A DNA stretch of 64,000 nt from Mobula hypostoma (lineage: Eukaryota): positions 2,666,001 through 2,730,000 of the forward strand of contig NC_086098.1 of NCBI RefSeq assembly GCF_963921235.1, read 5' to 3'. The notes beneath the pieces were generated by a model. That model ran no database searches, was not told where the DNA came from, and saw only the letters and a program-made list of their open reading frames with translations. Positions within the stretch are counted from its first letter, which is position 1. The number at the start of each line of letters is the position of its first letter. The translations under genes were made by a program, and so were the position numbers. Shown here piece after piece: positions 25,073-36,365 of the stretch.

Positions 25073-25606
25073 TAGGGTCACCAACTTTCTCACTCCCAAA
25101 TAAGGGACAAAAGTAGCAGACAAATACGGGACCCAAAGAAAGACTACTATGACCATGAAGCCTTGCGCGGGCACCTGTGTGCGCAAGTGTGACGTGCGCA
25201 TACATGATGTGCGCATAGGTGTATGTGCCAATTTTTTTCTACAAATCGTTTTTGGCAATTCTGTTCAGTGAAACTACACCGTACATACATTATTTCTACT
25301 TTATATAGGCTGTGTATTTGTCATATCATTCCTGCTTTTACTATATGTAAGAGTTATTTCAGGTTTTATGTGTTATTTGGAATGATTTGGTAGGTTTTTT
25401 TTGGGTCTGGGAACACTGAAAAATTTTTCCCATATAAATTAATGGTAATCGCTTCTTCGCTTCATGCCATTTCAGCACGAAAGGTTTCATAGGAACGTTC
25501 TACCTTAGCGGGGGAAATACGGGTTAAGGGCGGTCCCGTATGGGACAAACCACTTTGACCTGATATACAGGATGTCTCGGCTAATACAGGACAGTTGGCA
25601 ACACTA
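25073..25606. mobile_element. hAT-superfamily MITE
   Basis: TIRs tagggtcaccaac / gttggcaacacta; subterminal gggac/gtccc repeats; 8-bp TSD ggtacggg / ggtatagg (differ only at a CpG). Confidence 0.8.
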
Positions 25607-26082
25607 GGTATAGGCCGAAATGTGGCAGTAGGTTCCAGGTGCAGAGTGTATCGAATGAAATGCTGGGTCAGATGGGTTGAAAAGGCACGATGTCGGGGCT
25701 AGTGGCGAAGTCTGGGTGGTTTCTGCTCATCGCTCTGTGACATTTATTTGTCTCTGTGCTGAATTGAGGTTGAGACTGTGGCTTACTCTGGGCTGGCTCC
25801 ATGTCTGAGGCCCTCACATCTTTACTCGGCCCTGCACTGAACTGTGCCCTGCTCCGGATGCTCTGGGCTTCGTGCCTGTGGACTCACTTTTGTTTTAAAT
25901 GCTACTTCCTTACTTTTATTGTTTGCAAGATTTGTTTTTTTTTCTCTATTTTTCTCTCTCTGCACAATGGTTCTTTGTCTATTGGTTCCATGGGTTGTGG
26001 TTTTTGACTGTTTGAGATGAATTTCAAGGTTGTATACTTTGATATAAATGTACTTTGAACTTGGAACTTTTGATCTTTGAAG

Positions 26083-26280
26083 TGCTGGAGGAACTCAACA
26101 AGTCAGGCAGCATCTATGGAAGGGAGTAAACAATCAATGTTTTGGGCCAAATATCTAAGCCCGAAATGCTGATTGTTTATTTATTTCCACAGATGCTGCC
26201 TAACCTACTGAGTTCCTCCAGTATTTTGTGCATGTTACTTGCAATTTCCAGCATTTGCAGAATCTCTTGTGTTTATGAAT
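26083..26280. mobile_element. Inverted pair of Penelope terminal modules
   Basis: tgctggaggaactca..ggcagcatct.. mirrored by agatgctgcc..tgagttcctccag. Confidence 0.7.
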
Positions 26281-26414
26281 TTGCCAATGACTCATATTTC
26301 TATAGTTTGCAACACATTTAGTCACCCATAATAGAAGTGTATATCAAAAGGTAACACTAATGTCTCTAATTACCCCATCAGTAAATTACACACAGTATAA
26401 TTGACGTGATCTCA

Positions 26415-27382
26415 GGCTACGTCTACACTACGCCGGATAATTTTGAAAACGTTGGTTTCGAGTGAAAACAACAGGCGTCCACACTAAGCGTTTTTCAAAA
26501 TATCTCTGTCCACATTAGACGGATATTTGGGCAAATCTCCTCCTACTGGGCAGGCGCAGGACACACAGAAAACAAGCGAAGAGGAAACGGTATTCTTGGT
26601 GCGCGTTTGTCCAGTCACAGAGTCGAAAAACTTAAAAGGAATTGCTCTTGGCTCTCGCGCAGGAGGACTTAAAACTAAAAAAACAAATACTGGAGCGTAT
26701 GGAGGCAACTGACAGTATGACCTGGCTGACGATGAACATTGAAAAACTGACTAACTCTGTTGCATTAATAAAGCATCTTGTTAAATGTATAAAGCATGTC
26801 TGCATCAGTGTTATCTTGTATTTCCATACAATGTTACATTAGGCTGTTAAACATCTATTGTCAGAGAAGTACTTGCATAAATAGGGAAAGCACCTTCATA
26901 CAAGCAAGGACAGAAAACAGGGCAAAGTGAATATACTTATTTATTCAGTAAGCTATGGGTCAAAGTATTTGCTGAGTACATTTCTAACTCTTCTGGCTTC
27001 AGTCTCATTGCCGTCTGTTCTGAAATTGTTAGGTTCTGCGAAGCGCAGAATCAAATATCGCTGTGATGATTGTACACTCTAGTATCAATTGCTTGGCGAC
27101 AATGAAGTAGTAATAATAATAATAATAATAAGAAGAAAACAATGAAATGCCGGGCTGCTGCCATTTGTTCCGGCACGTCATGACAGCGGTTTTAAAAAGC
27201 TCCGGTTACCCCGTACACACTGCAACGGATATTAGGCGTTTTCAGATTTATTCACTCTGGAGACTGTTTCAGAAAATTTCCATTTTCGGGGGATGAAAAT
27301 GCTGTTTTAGTGTGGACAGAGGGTCAAAACGAAGAGAAAAATCTTTGTTTTCAAAATTATCCGGCGTAGTGCGGACATACCT
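26415..27382 (+). mobile_element. PIF/Harbinger non-autonomous DNA transposon
   Basis: TIR ggctacgtctacactacgccggataattttgaaaac / gttttcaaaattatccggcgtagtgcggacatacct; 3-bp TSD TCA on both sides. Confidence 0.8.
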
Positions 27383-27596
27383 TCAGAAAGGTCACAGGAC
27401 AGAAACATTTAGGTTCAGCATTCAAATAATTGTGATTTAATTACTGTTTAATATTTACTTATATTATTCTTTGGTATAAACAGTGAATTTTCTATCAATA
27501 TTTTCCCCTGCTCCTATAAGTCTGATCTGTTTTAGCATTTGACAGTGGCTACCAGTTGTTAGTCCAAGAGGTTTATAGATCAAGCAATGTCAAGTC

Positions 27597-28155
27597 CACA
27601 TTCATTGGGCAATTTATTGGGCATGCCTGTACACCTGTTCATTAATAAAACATTGAATCAGCCAATCACGTGCCAGCAACTCAACACATAAAAGCATGCA
27701 GATGTGGTCAAGAAGTTCAGTTGTTGTTTGGACCAAACATCAGAATGGGGAAGAAATGTGATCTGAGTGACTTTGACTGTGGAATGATTGTTGGTGCCAG
27801 ACAGGGTAGTTTGAGTATCTCATAATCTGCTCATCTCTTGGGATTTTTATGCACAACTGCCTCTAGAGTGTACAACAGATGGTGTGAAAACAAAAAAAAA
27901 TCCAGTGAGCAGCAGTTCTGTGAGCAAAAGCGCCTTGTTAATGAGAGAAGTCAGAGGAGAATGGCTAGACTGGTTCAAGCTGACAGTAGGGCAAATAACT
28001 ATGCGTTCCAACAGTGGTGGGCAGAAGAGCATCTCTGAAAGCACAACACATCCAACCTTGAAGTGGATGGGCTGCAGCAGCAGAAGACCACAAACATACC
28101 CTCAGTGGCCACTTTATTAGGAACAGGGGCTATCTAATAACTTGGCCGCAGAGTG
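27597..28155 (+). mobile_element. Non-autonomous Tc1 (family B)
   Basis: DLSDFDCGMIVGARQG...KRLVNERSQRRMARLVQAD; terminal mini TIR-TIR unit 28099-28155. Confidence 0.85.
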
Positions 28156-28860
28156 CAATTTACAGTGTTTGTAAAGTAGTCTTGAAGAAACAAGATCTGC
28201 AGCATTATCAGGTTTTCAGTCCATAGAGAATTAAAGGAAAAATTACTGGCTTGTAACTCTGAAAAATTATTAGATTTGTAATATTAGCAAGCAGTTTTTA
28301 AAGTCCTTTGGTATTTTTCTGTAGATAAATATATTCGATCAGTACAGAGAGGAATTAATGTGTTCACCAGCTAATATCAGTAACATTAATTTTTAGAGTT
28401 TTTTAAAGAAGGCAGTGTGTATGTCAAGGTCAGGACTATTTCTGCTCTCAAAATCCCAGTGCACTTGCAGGAAAGCAGGAGTTTTATTTGCCCCAAAGGC
28501 CCATTTTTGACCCAGGCCAATCTTCAGGGAGCCGGCTTGTTTAAATAACATCAGCAGGCGCCTGGCAGGACTCTGCTTTCATCTGGGAATATACCTCAGG
28601 GTAGAGAAGAAAACCTTTGCAGCAGGTCTTGGGAACAGCTGCCTCTTCAGCAGATGAAACTGAGTGTGGGTTATTCCAGCAGAATTTTTCAGTGGGAGTT
28701 AAATCGGTCATCATGTAATCATTCTAACTTCATTTGGACCTTTTAAATTAAAATCTTCCTCCTCTATATACCAGGGCAATGTTAAAACTGGCAATTAATC
28801 TTTTTTCAGGCACTTTGATTTCTATGCAGACCCCTTATCCCCTGTTAAACTCTCCTTATA

Positions 28861-29399
28861 CAGTACTGTGCAAAAGTCTTAAGCACATATATAGAGAATC
28901 TAAGACTTTTGCACAGCACTGTAGTAATTTTATGTATTGCACTGTACTGCTGCCACAAAAAAACTAATCTCATGATGTACGTGAGCGATGATAAACCGGA
29001 TTCTGATATGGGACTTTATTGTGGGCTGAGAGTGGGAAGGGGGCAGGGAGAAGGGAATCATGGTTGGGAAAAGGGCAAGGGAGAGGGGAGGGAGTGGGAA
29101 ACACCAGAGAGACATTCTGTAATGATGAACAAACCAATTGTTTGCAATCAAATTACCTTGCCTGGTGTCTCAGGCTGGACGTGTCTGCACCTGCTTAGCC
29201 CCGTCCCCAGCACTCCTTCTCTGAAACCTGTCCCATACTCCCCCATGGCACCCCACCCTTGCCATTCCCAACATCCTTTGCTCCTGCTAGATTTACAAAC
29301 GGGCTCTCCACTCCACGTTAACAAATACAGTACTGTGCAAAAGTCTTAGGCATGCTAACTTTATATACTGTATATGTCGAAGACTTTTGCACAGTATTG
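28861..29399. mobile_element. Composite Tc1-family-A MITE: two mini TIR-TIR units flanking a captured segment
   Basis: TA-cagtactgtgcaaaagtctt...aagacttttgcacag(c/t)a(c/t)tg-TA at 28861-28921 and 29328-29399. Confidence 0.8.
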
Positions 29400-29519
29400 T
29401 ATTTTCATTCATACCACAACTGTATTGTCTCCAGTGCAAGCACTGAACGAAATATTATTTGCTGTGGTGGCATTGTCTAAATGTTGACAACTTGTGATTA
29501 TTGTTTTTGTTTAGCATCC

Positions 29520-30050
29520 AGAGGATGTTTACAAGAATGAAACTGTTAATGTATGAGTAGTGTTTGATGGTTGTACTCACTGGAGTTTAGAAGAATGAGG
29601 GCACTCTCACTGAAACCTATTGAATATTGAAAGGCCTAGATAGAGTGGATGTATAGAGCAGAGGTTTCCAGACTGGGGTCCAGAGACCCCTTGCTTAATG
29701 GTCTATGGCATATAAGGGGTTGGGAACCCCTGGCATAGAGGATGTTTTCAATTATGGGAGAGTCTGGGACCAGGGGGTACAGCTTCAGAAAAGAAGTATA
29801 CAGATGCAGAGGAATTTCTTTAGCAAGAAAGTGGGGAATCTGTGGAATTCATTGCCACAGACAGCAGAAGAAAGCAAGTCATTTGGTACATTTAAGGGGC
29901 AGCTTGATAGGTTCTTGATTAGAAAGGGCATCAAAGGTTATGGGGAGAAGAGAGGAGAATGCGGTTGAGAAGGAAAATAAGTTAGCCATGATGGGCTGGT
30001 GGAACAGATTCAATGGGCTGAATGACTTCGTTCTGCTCCTCTGCCTTCTC
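29520..30050 (+). mobile_element. CR1 3' fragment
   Basis: RNFFSKKVGNLWNSLPQ...FKGQLDRFLI. Confidence 0.8.
29659..29732. mobile_element. 74-bp hAT (Charlie-like) MITE nested in CR1
   Basis: TIR cagaggtttcca / tgggaacccctg; 8-bp TSD gtatagag / gcatagag. Confidence 0.75.
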
Positions 30051-30439
30051 AACAATAGCACAAGGAAATCCAACAACAATTCAAATGTGACTGAAGAACT
30101 TACAGCTTCATCACCAATACAATATATTTCCTTGATTCAATCTCCATGACAAGGTCTCCCTTTTCCATCACCAAGTTTTACTGGTGAGGCACCATGACAG
30201 GACTTACATGACATGTGTCTCACCTGACTAGAATCCAGCTCAAAGTCGTCACAGTGCCAAAGGTCAAAACTGGACTTAACAAATAAGGACAATTGTACAA
30301 CGTATCTTCCCATTCATGAAGCTTTACATATTGCATCGAGTTTAGTAAAGTTAATTAACAATGATGTTCCTCTTAGGGTGGAAGGAATGAAGCTAAAATT
30401 CCAATACAGCAATTCCTCTCACGATATACGAAAACTACA

Positions 30440-30942
30440 GTGACTGTCAGGTCAGCAGTAAACCTCATCGGCTGAAGATTACCATCACTACAGGACTTTT
30501 ACATCTGGAGAAGGAAAGGTCATTGTGGACGCTACCCACTCTGCAAACAACCTTTTCAAAAATCTCCCTTCTGGAAAACCTTATAGGGCAATTAAAACAA
30601 AAAATTCACTCCATCTGAAAAGTTTCTTCCCCCAGGCTGTTAATCTGATCAACCATTCATTAGCCCCCCACACCCACCACCCTTCTGTCTATTACCCCAT
30701 CACTACACTGTTACGTAAACACTCCAGTGACTTTTTATAATGCTGTGTACATTGTGACTACATGTTGGTATTTATATGTTTATTACATATCCATACTTAA
30801 ACCTTTAACATTATTTCTTATAAAATAATTTGTCTTCATATTGGTTGAATGTTGTTTTGCGTGTTGCTCCTTAATCAACACACCACAGTAAATTCCGAAA
30901 TCATGTAAATGATTATGGTGAATAAAGTTGATCCTTGATCAT
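30440..30942 (+). mobile_element. Rex1/L2-like LINE 3' fragment
   Basis: DATHSANNLF..LPSGKPYRAIKTK...SFFPQAVNLIN; tail aataaagttgatcc. Confidence 0.75.
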
Positions 30943-31108
30943 ATGAAGATTAATTGGATAGAAATTTTTCACAGTTGTGGCACGAAATGATCAGGGTCAG
31001 ATCAGCGGCCTGTTAAATCTAGTGTCTGATATTTAATTCCGCTAGATACTAGACCGCCCAATTTTGCAAGCACTAACTGAGATGAACTTCCATCAAATTA
31101 TCAAGGAA

Positions 31109-31613
31109 CACTGGCCATTTTATTAGGTGCCTCCTGTACATGCATGCTGCCGTAACCCATTCACTTCAAGGTTTAACGTGCTGTGCACTCAGAGATGTCC
31201 TTCTGCACACCACTGTTGTAACGCTGCTCTCCTATTTGCTTGAACCAGCCTGGCTATTCTCCTCTGACCTCTCCCAACAACAAGGCATTTTCACCCACAG
31301 AACCGATTGGAGGTTTTTTTTCCTGCTCAATTCTCCATAAACTCTAAAGATTGCCGTGTGTGAAAATCCCAGGTGATCAGCAGTTTCAGAGATACTCAAA
31401 TCACCCCTTTTGGCACCAACAATCATTCCATGGTCAAAGTCACTTAGATCACAATTTTACCGCATTCTGATGCTTGAACTGAAAAAACAACTGAACCTCT
31501 TGACCATGACTACATGCTTTTATGCATTGAGTTGCTGCCACGTGACTGGCTGATTAGATATTTGCATTAATGAGCAGGTGTACAGGTGTACCTAATAAAG
31601 TGGCCTCTGAGTG
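31109..31613 (-). mobile_element. Non-autonomous Tc1 (family B)
   Basis: TIRs at both ends; MIVGAKRGDLSISETADHLGFSHTAIFRVY. Confidence 0.85.
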
Positions 31614-32964
31614 AAGATTGCCTAATACATCGGCATAATGGTTTGAAGAAAACAAATATGTCTGAAAGGTCACATGGTGCAAAAGTGCAAGAATACAAAC
31701 AATAAGAGAAAGGTCAGTGACCTAACTGTGGGAAATATTCTTTCTGAATCACACCTTCAATAAGCAAGAGAGTACATAAGCTCACTTCCTTTCAGACAAA
31801 CCAAAGTAAAACTAAAGACAGTGCTTATGTAGTGAGAAATGATTGCACCGACTTAACTTTTCTTTGCAGAGAAAATTAAAGATCTGCTCTTGCTAACACT
31901 TGAGCACAACCTCGCTGACACTTAAACACAGAGGAGGGTGCGACATCCTGCCCTATCTGCCTCCCGCTAATTAATCACTCTGGTATTTAAGACCACTCAA
32001 GCAGGCAAATAAATGGAGAATAATTAGTGTATCTTTGTTCTGACCCAATTATGTTTGCTAGGCTCTGAGGGGAAGTTAAAAACTTGGGAGAAACGGAGGT
32101 ATTAGTATGCAGAGCATCCCTTCTTTTATTCAAGTTCCGGGGAGATTAAGTAGAAAACTAAATTAGCAAACCTGTGACTGGGGTTAAATCTCAGAAACAG
32201 ACAGAGAACTCTCTCCTTTTCATTTCCCTTCTCGTATTATAATAGTGTTTTCAACATCCCCACTCCCACTCAGATCTTAATTTGCCATTCTTGTATTGGT
32301 AACAAAACAATATCAAATACGATTCCAAGCTCAGAATAGTTGTCACCTTATTTAAATTTCACTTGCTGTCTAAATCATTATGTATAGGTTCTTCTAAAGC
32401 AGCTGTTGTACTAAGAAGAGAGAAAATAACCTTTGATAAGATTTTAAAAATAATAAAGTTTTAATCATAATATTTTCCTCCTATTACTTATAACAGAATC
32501 AGGTTTAATGTCAATGAGATTTGTTCTGAAATTTGTTGTTTTGCAGAATACATAAAAACAAATGATAAATTACAATCTTCCCTCAATCTTCTACATTCTA
32601 GAGACTAAACTCCTAACCTATTCAACCTTTCTCGAGAATTCAGATCCTCCAGTCCCAGCAACATCCTTGTAAATGTTTACTGTACACTTTCACTCTTATT
32701 GACATCTTTCCTGTAGGTAGGTGACTGAGATTGCACACAATACTCAAAATTAGGACTCACCAGCATCTTATACAACTTCAACATAATATCCCACATCCTA
32801 TTCTCAATAGATTGATTTATAAAAGCCAAAGTGCCAAAAGCTTTCTTTTTTGACCCCATCTACCTAAAACGCCATTTTCAATGAATTATGGACCTGTATT
32901 ACCAGATCTCTTTATTCTACCACACTCCTCAGTGTCCTACTGTTCACCATGTAAGAGCAACCCT

Positions 32965-35900
32965 GATAGCAAAAGGATAGTGAGGGATAAAATTGGTCCC
33001 TTAGAGAATCGGAGTAAACGGCTATGTGTGGAACCAAAAGAGATGGGGGAGATTTTGAACAACTTATTTTCTTCAGTATTCACTAAGGAGTAGGATATTG
33101 AATTGTGTAAGGTAAGGGAAACAGGTAGGGAAGTTATGGAAACTATGATGATTAAAGAAGAGGAAGTACTGGTGCTTTTAAGAAATACAAAAGTGGATAA
33201 GTCTCCGAGTCCTGACAGGATATTCCCTAGGACCTTGAGGGAAGTTAGTGTAGAAATAGCAGGGGCTCTGACAGAAATATTTCAAATGTCATTAGAAACG
33301 GGGATGGTGCCGGAGGATTGGCGTATTGCTCATGTTGTTCCATTGTTTAAAAAGGGTTCTAAGAGTAAACCTAGCAACTATCGGCCGGTAAGTTTGACGT
33401 GAGTGGTGGCTAAGTTAATGGAAAGTATTCTTAGAGATGGTATATATAATTGTCTGGATAGTCAGGGTCTGATTAGGAACAGTCAACATGGATTTGTGCG
33501 TGAAAGGTCATGTTTGACAAATCTTATTGAATTTTTTGAAGAGGTTACTAGGAAAGTTGAATAGGGTAAAATGGTGGATGTTGTCTATATGGACTTCAGT
33601 AAGGCCTTTGACAAGGTTCCACACGGAAGGTTAGTTAGGAACATTCAGTCGTTAGGTATTAATATTGAAGTAGTAAAATGGATTCAGCAATGGCTGGATG
33701 GAAGATGCCAGAGAGTGGTGGTGGAAAACTGTTTGTCAGGTTGGAGGCCAATGACTAGTGGTGTGCCTCAGGGATCTGTACTGGGTCCAATGTTGTTTGT
33801 CATATACAGTAATGATCTGGATGATGGGGTGGTAAATTGGATTAGTAAGTATGCAGATTATACTAAGATAGGTGGCGTTGTGGATAATGAAGTAGGTTTT
33901 CAAAGCTTGCAGAGAGATTTAGGCCAGTTAGAAGAGTGGGCTGAAAGATAGAAACATAGAAACATAGAAAATAGGTGCAGGAGTAGGCCATTCGGCCCTT
34001 CGAGCCTGCACCGCCATTTATTATGATCATGGCTGATCATCCAACTCAGAACCCCGCCCCAGCCTTCCCTCCGTACCCCCTGACCCCCGTAGCCACAAGG
34101 GCCATATCTAACTCCCTCTTAAATATAGCCAATGAACTGGCCTCAACAGCTTCCTGTGGCAGAGAATTCCACAGATTCACCACTCTCTGTGTGAAGAAGT
34201 TTTTCCTAATCTCGGTCCTAAAAGGCTTCCCCCTTATCCTCAAACTGTGGCCCCTCGTTCTGGACTTCCCCAACATCGGGAACAATCTTCCTGCATCTAG
34301 CCTGTCCAATCCCTTTAGGATTTTATACGTTTCAATCAGATCCCCCCTCAATCTTCTAAATTCCAATGAGTACAAGCCCAGTTCATCCAGTCTTTCTTCA
34401 TATGAAAGTCCCGCCATCCCAGGAATCAATCTGGTGAACCTTCTTTGTACTCCCTCTATGGCAAAGATGTCTTTCCTCAGATTAGGGGACCAAAACTGCA
34501 CACAATACTCCAGGTGTGGTCTCACCAAGGCCTTGTACAACTGCAGTAGTACCTCCCTGCTCCTGTACTCGAATCCTCTCGCTATAAATGCCAGCATACC
34601 ATTCGCCTTTTTCACCGCCTGCTGTACCTGCATGCCCACTTTCAATGACCGGTGTATAATGACACCCAGGTCTCGTTGCACCTCCCCTTTTCCTAATCGG
34701 CCACCATTCAGATAATAATCTGTTTTCCTATTTTTGCCACCAAAGTGGATAACTTCACGTTTATCCACATTAAATTGCATCTGCCATGAATTTGCCCACT
34801 CACCCAACCTATCCAAGTCAGCCTGCATCCTCTTAGCATCCTCCTCAGTGCTAACACTGCCACCCAGCTTCGTGTCATCCGCAAACTTGGAGATGCTGCA
34901 TTTAATTCCCTCATCCAAGTCATTAATATATATTGTAAACAACTGGGGTCCCAGCACTGAGCCTTGCGGTACCCCACTAGTCACCGCCTGCCATTCTGAA
35001 AAGGTCCCGTTTATTCCCACTCTTTGCTTCCTGTCTGCTAACCAATTCTCCACCCACACCAATACCTTACCCCCAATACAGTGTGCTTTAAGTTTGCCCA
35101 CTAATCTCCTGTGTGGGACCTTGTCAAAAGCCTTTTGAAAATCCAGATATACCACATCCACTGGTTCTCCCCTATCCACTCTACTAGAGTTTACTGCTGA
35201 TAAATGTGAGGTGCTACGTTTGCTAAGACTAATCAAAATAGGACATACATGGTAAATGGTAGGGCATTGAAGAATGCAGTATAACAGAAGGATCTAGGAA
35301 TAATGGTGCATAGTTCCCTGAAGGTGGAATCTCATGTGGATAGGGTGGTGAAGAAAGCTTTTGGTATGCTGGCCTTTATAAATCAGAGCACTGAGTATAG
35401 GAGTTGGGATGTAATGTTAAAATTGTGCAAGGCATTGGTTAAGGCCAGATTTGGAGTATTGTGTACAGTTCTGGTCACCGAGTTATCGGAAAGATGTCAA
35501 CAAAATAGAGAAAGTACAGAGAAGATTTACTAGAATGTTGCCTGGGTTTCATCTCCTAAGTTACAGAATAAGGTTGAACAAGTTGGGTCTTTATTCTTTG
35601 GAGTGTGGAAGGTTGAGGGGGGACTTGATAAAGGTATTTAAAATTATGAGGGGTATAGATAGAGTTGACATGGATAGGCTTTTTCCATTGAGAGTAGGGG
35701 AGATTCAAACAAGAGGACATGAGTTGAGAGTTAGGGGGCAAAAGTTTAGCAGGAACACAAGGGGGAACTTCTTTACTAAGGGAGTGGTAGCCGTGTGGAA
35801 CGAGCTTCCAGTAGAAGTGGTAGAGGCAGGCTCGATTTTGTCATTTAAAGTAAAATTGGATAGCTATATGGACAGGAAGGGAATGGAGAGTTATGGGCTG

Positions 35901-36003
35901 AGTGCAGGTCGGTGGGACTAGGTGGGAGTAAGGATTCGGCACGTACTAGAAGGGCTGAGATGGCCTGTTTCTATGCTGTAATTGTTATATGGTTATACGG
36001 TTA
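32965..36003 (+). mobile_element. CR1 LINE ORF2 (linker-RT-3' end), interrupted at 33948-35186
   Basis: ORFs 33103-33402, 33571-33951 (MDFSKAFDKVPH, GVPQGSVLGP, KYAD) and 35451-35921; tail gttatatggttat. Confidence 0.92.
33948..35186 (-). mobile_element. Young 5'-truncated CR1 LINE with uninterrupted RT C-terminal ORF
   Basis: 396-aa ORF with LDFQKAFDKVPH, GVPQGSVLGP, FADD; tail (catagaaa)n; CpGs retained. Confidence 0.95.
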
Positions 36004-36365
36004 TTGTTCCTACTGGATGCAGCAGCTCACACTCGCCTGCATTAAATTCCATCTGCCATTTTCAGCTGGTCCAGATCCTGCTGCTAGCTTTGATAATCTC
36101 CCTTGCTGACCACTACACCCGCAATCTTGGTGACATCTGCAAATTTACTGGTCCAGTTAACCACATCATCATGCAGATGATTGATTAGATGACAAACAAC
36201 AACAGACTCAGCACCGATCACTATAGCATTCCACTCGTCACAAGCTTCTGGTCAGAGATGCATCGATCTACTTCCACTCTGTGGCTTCTTCCACAAAGGA
36301 ATGTCGAATTGAATTTACTATCTCAAGTTGAATGCCAAGCGACTGAAGCCTCTTGACCAACTTTC

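Noticed and set aside
34023..35138. Plus-strand ORFs of 230 and 134 aa
   Set aside because: Antisense shadows of the CR1 RT ORF; the same applies at 46871-47836.
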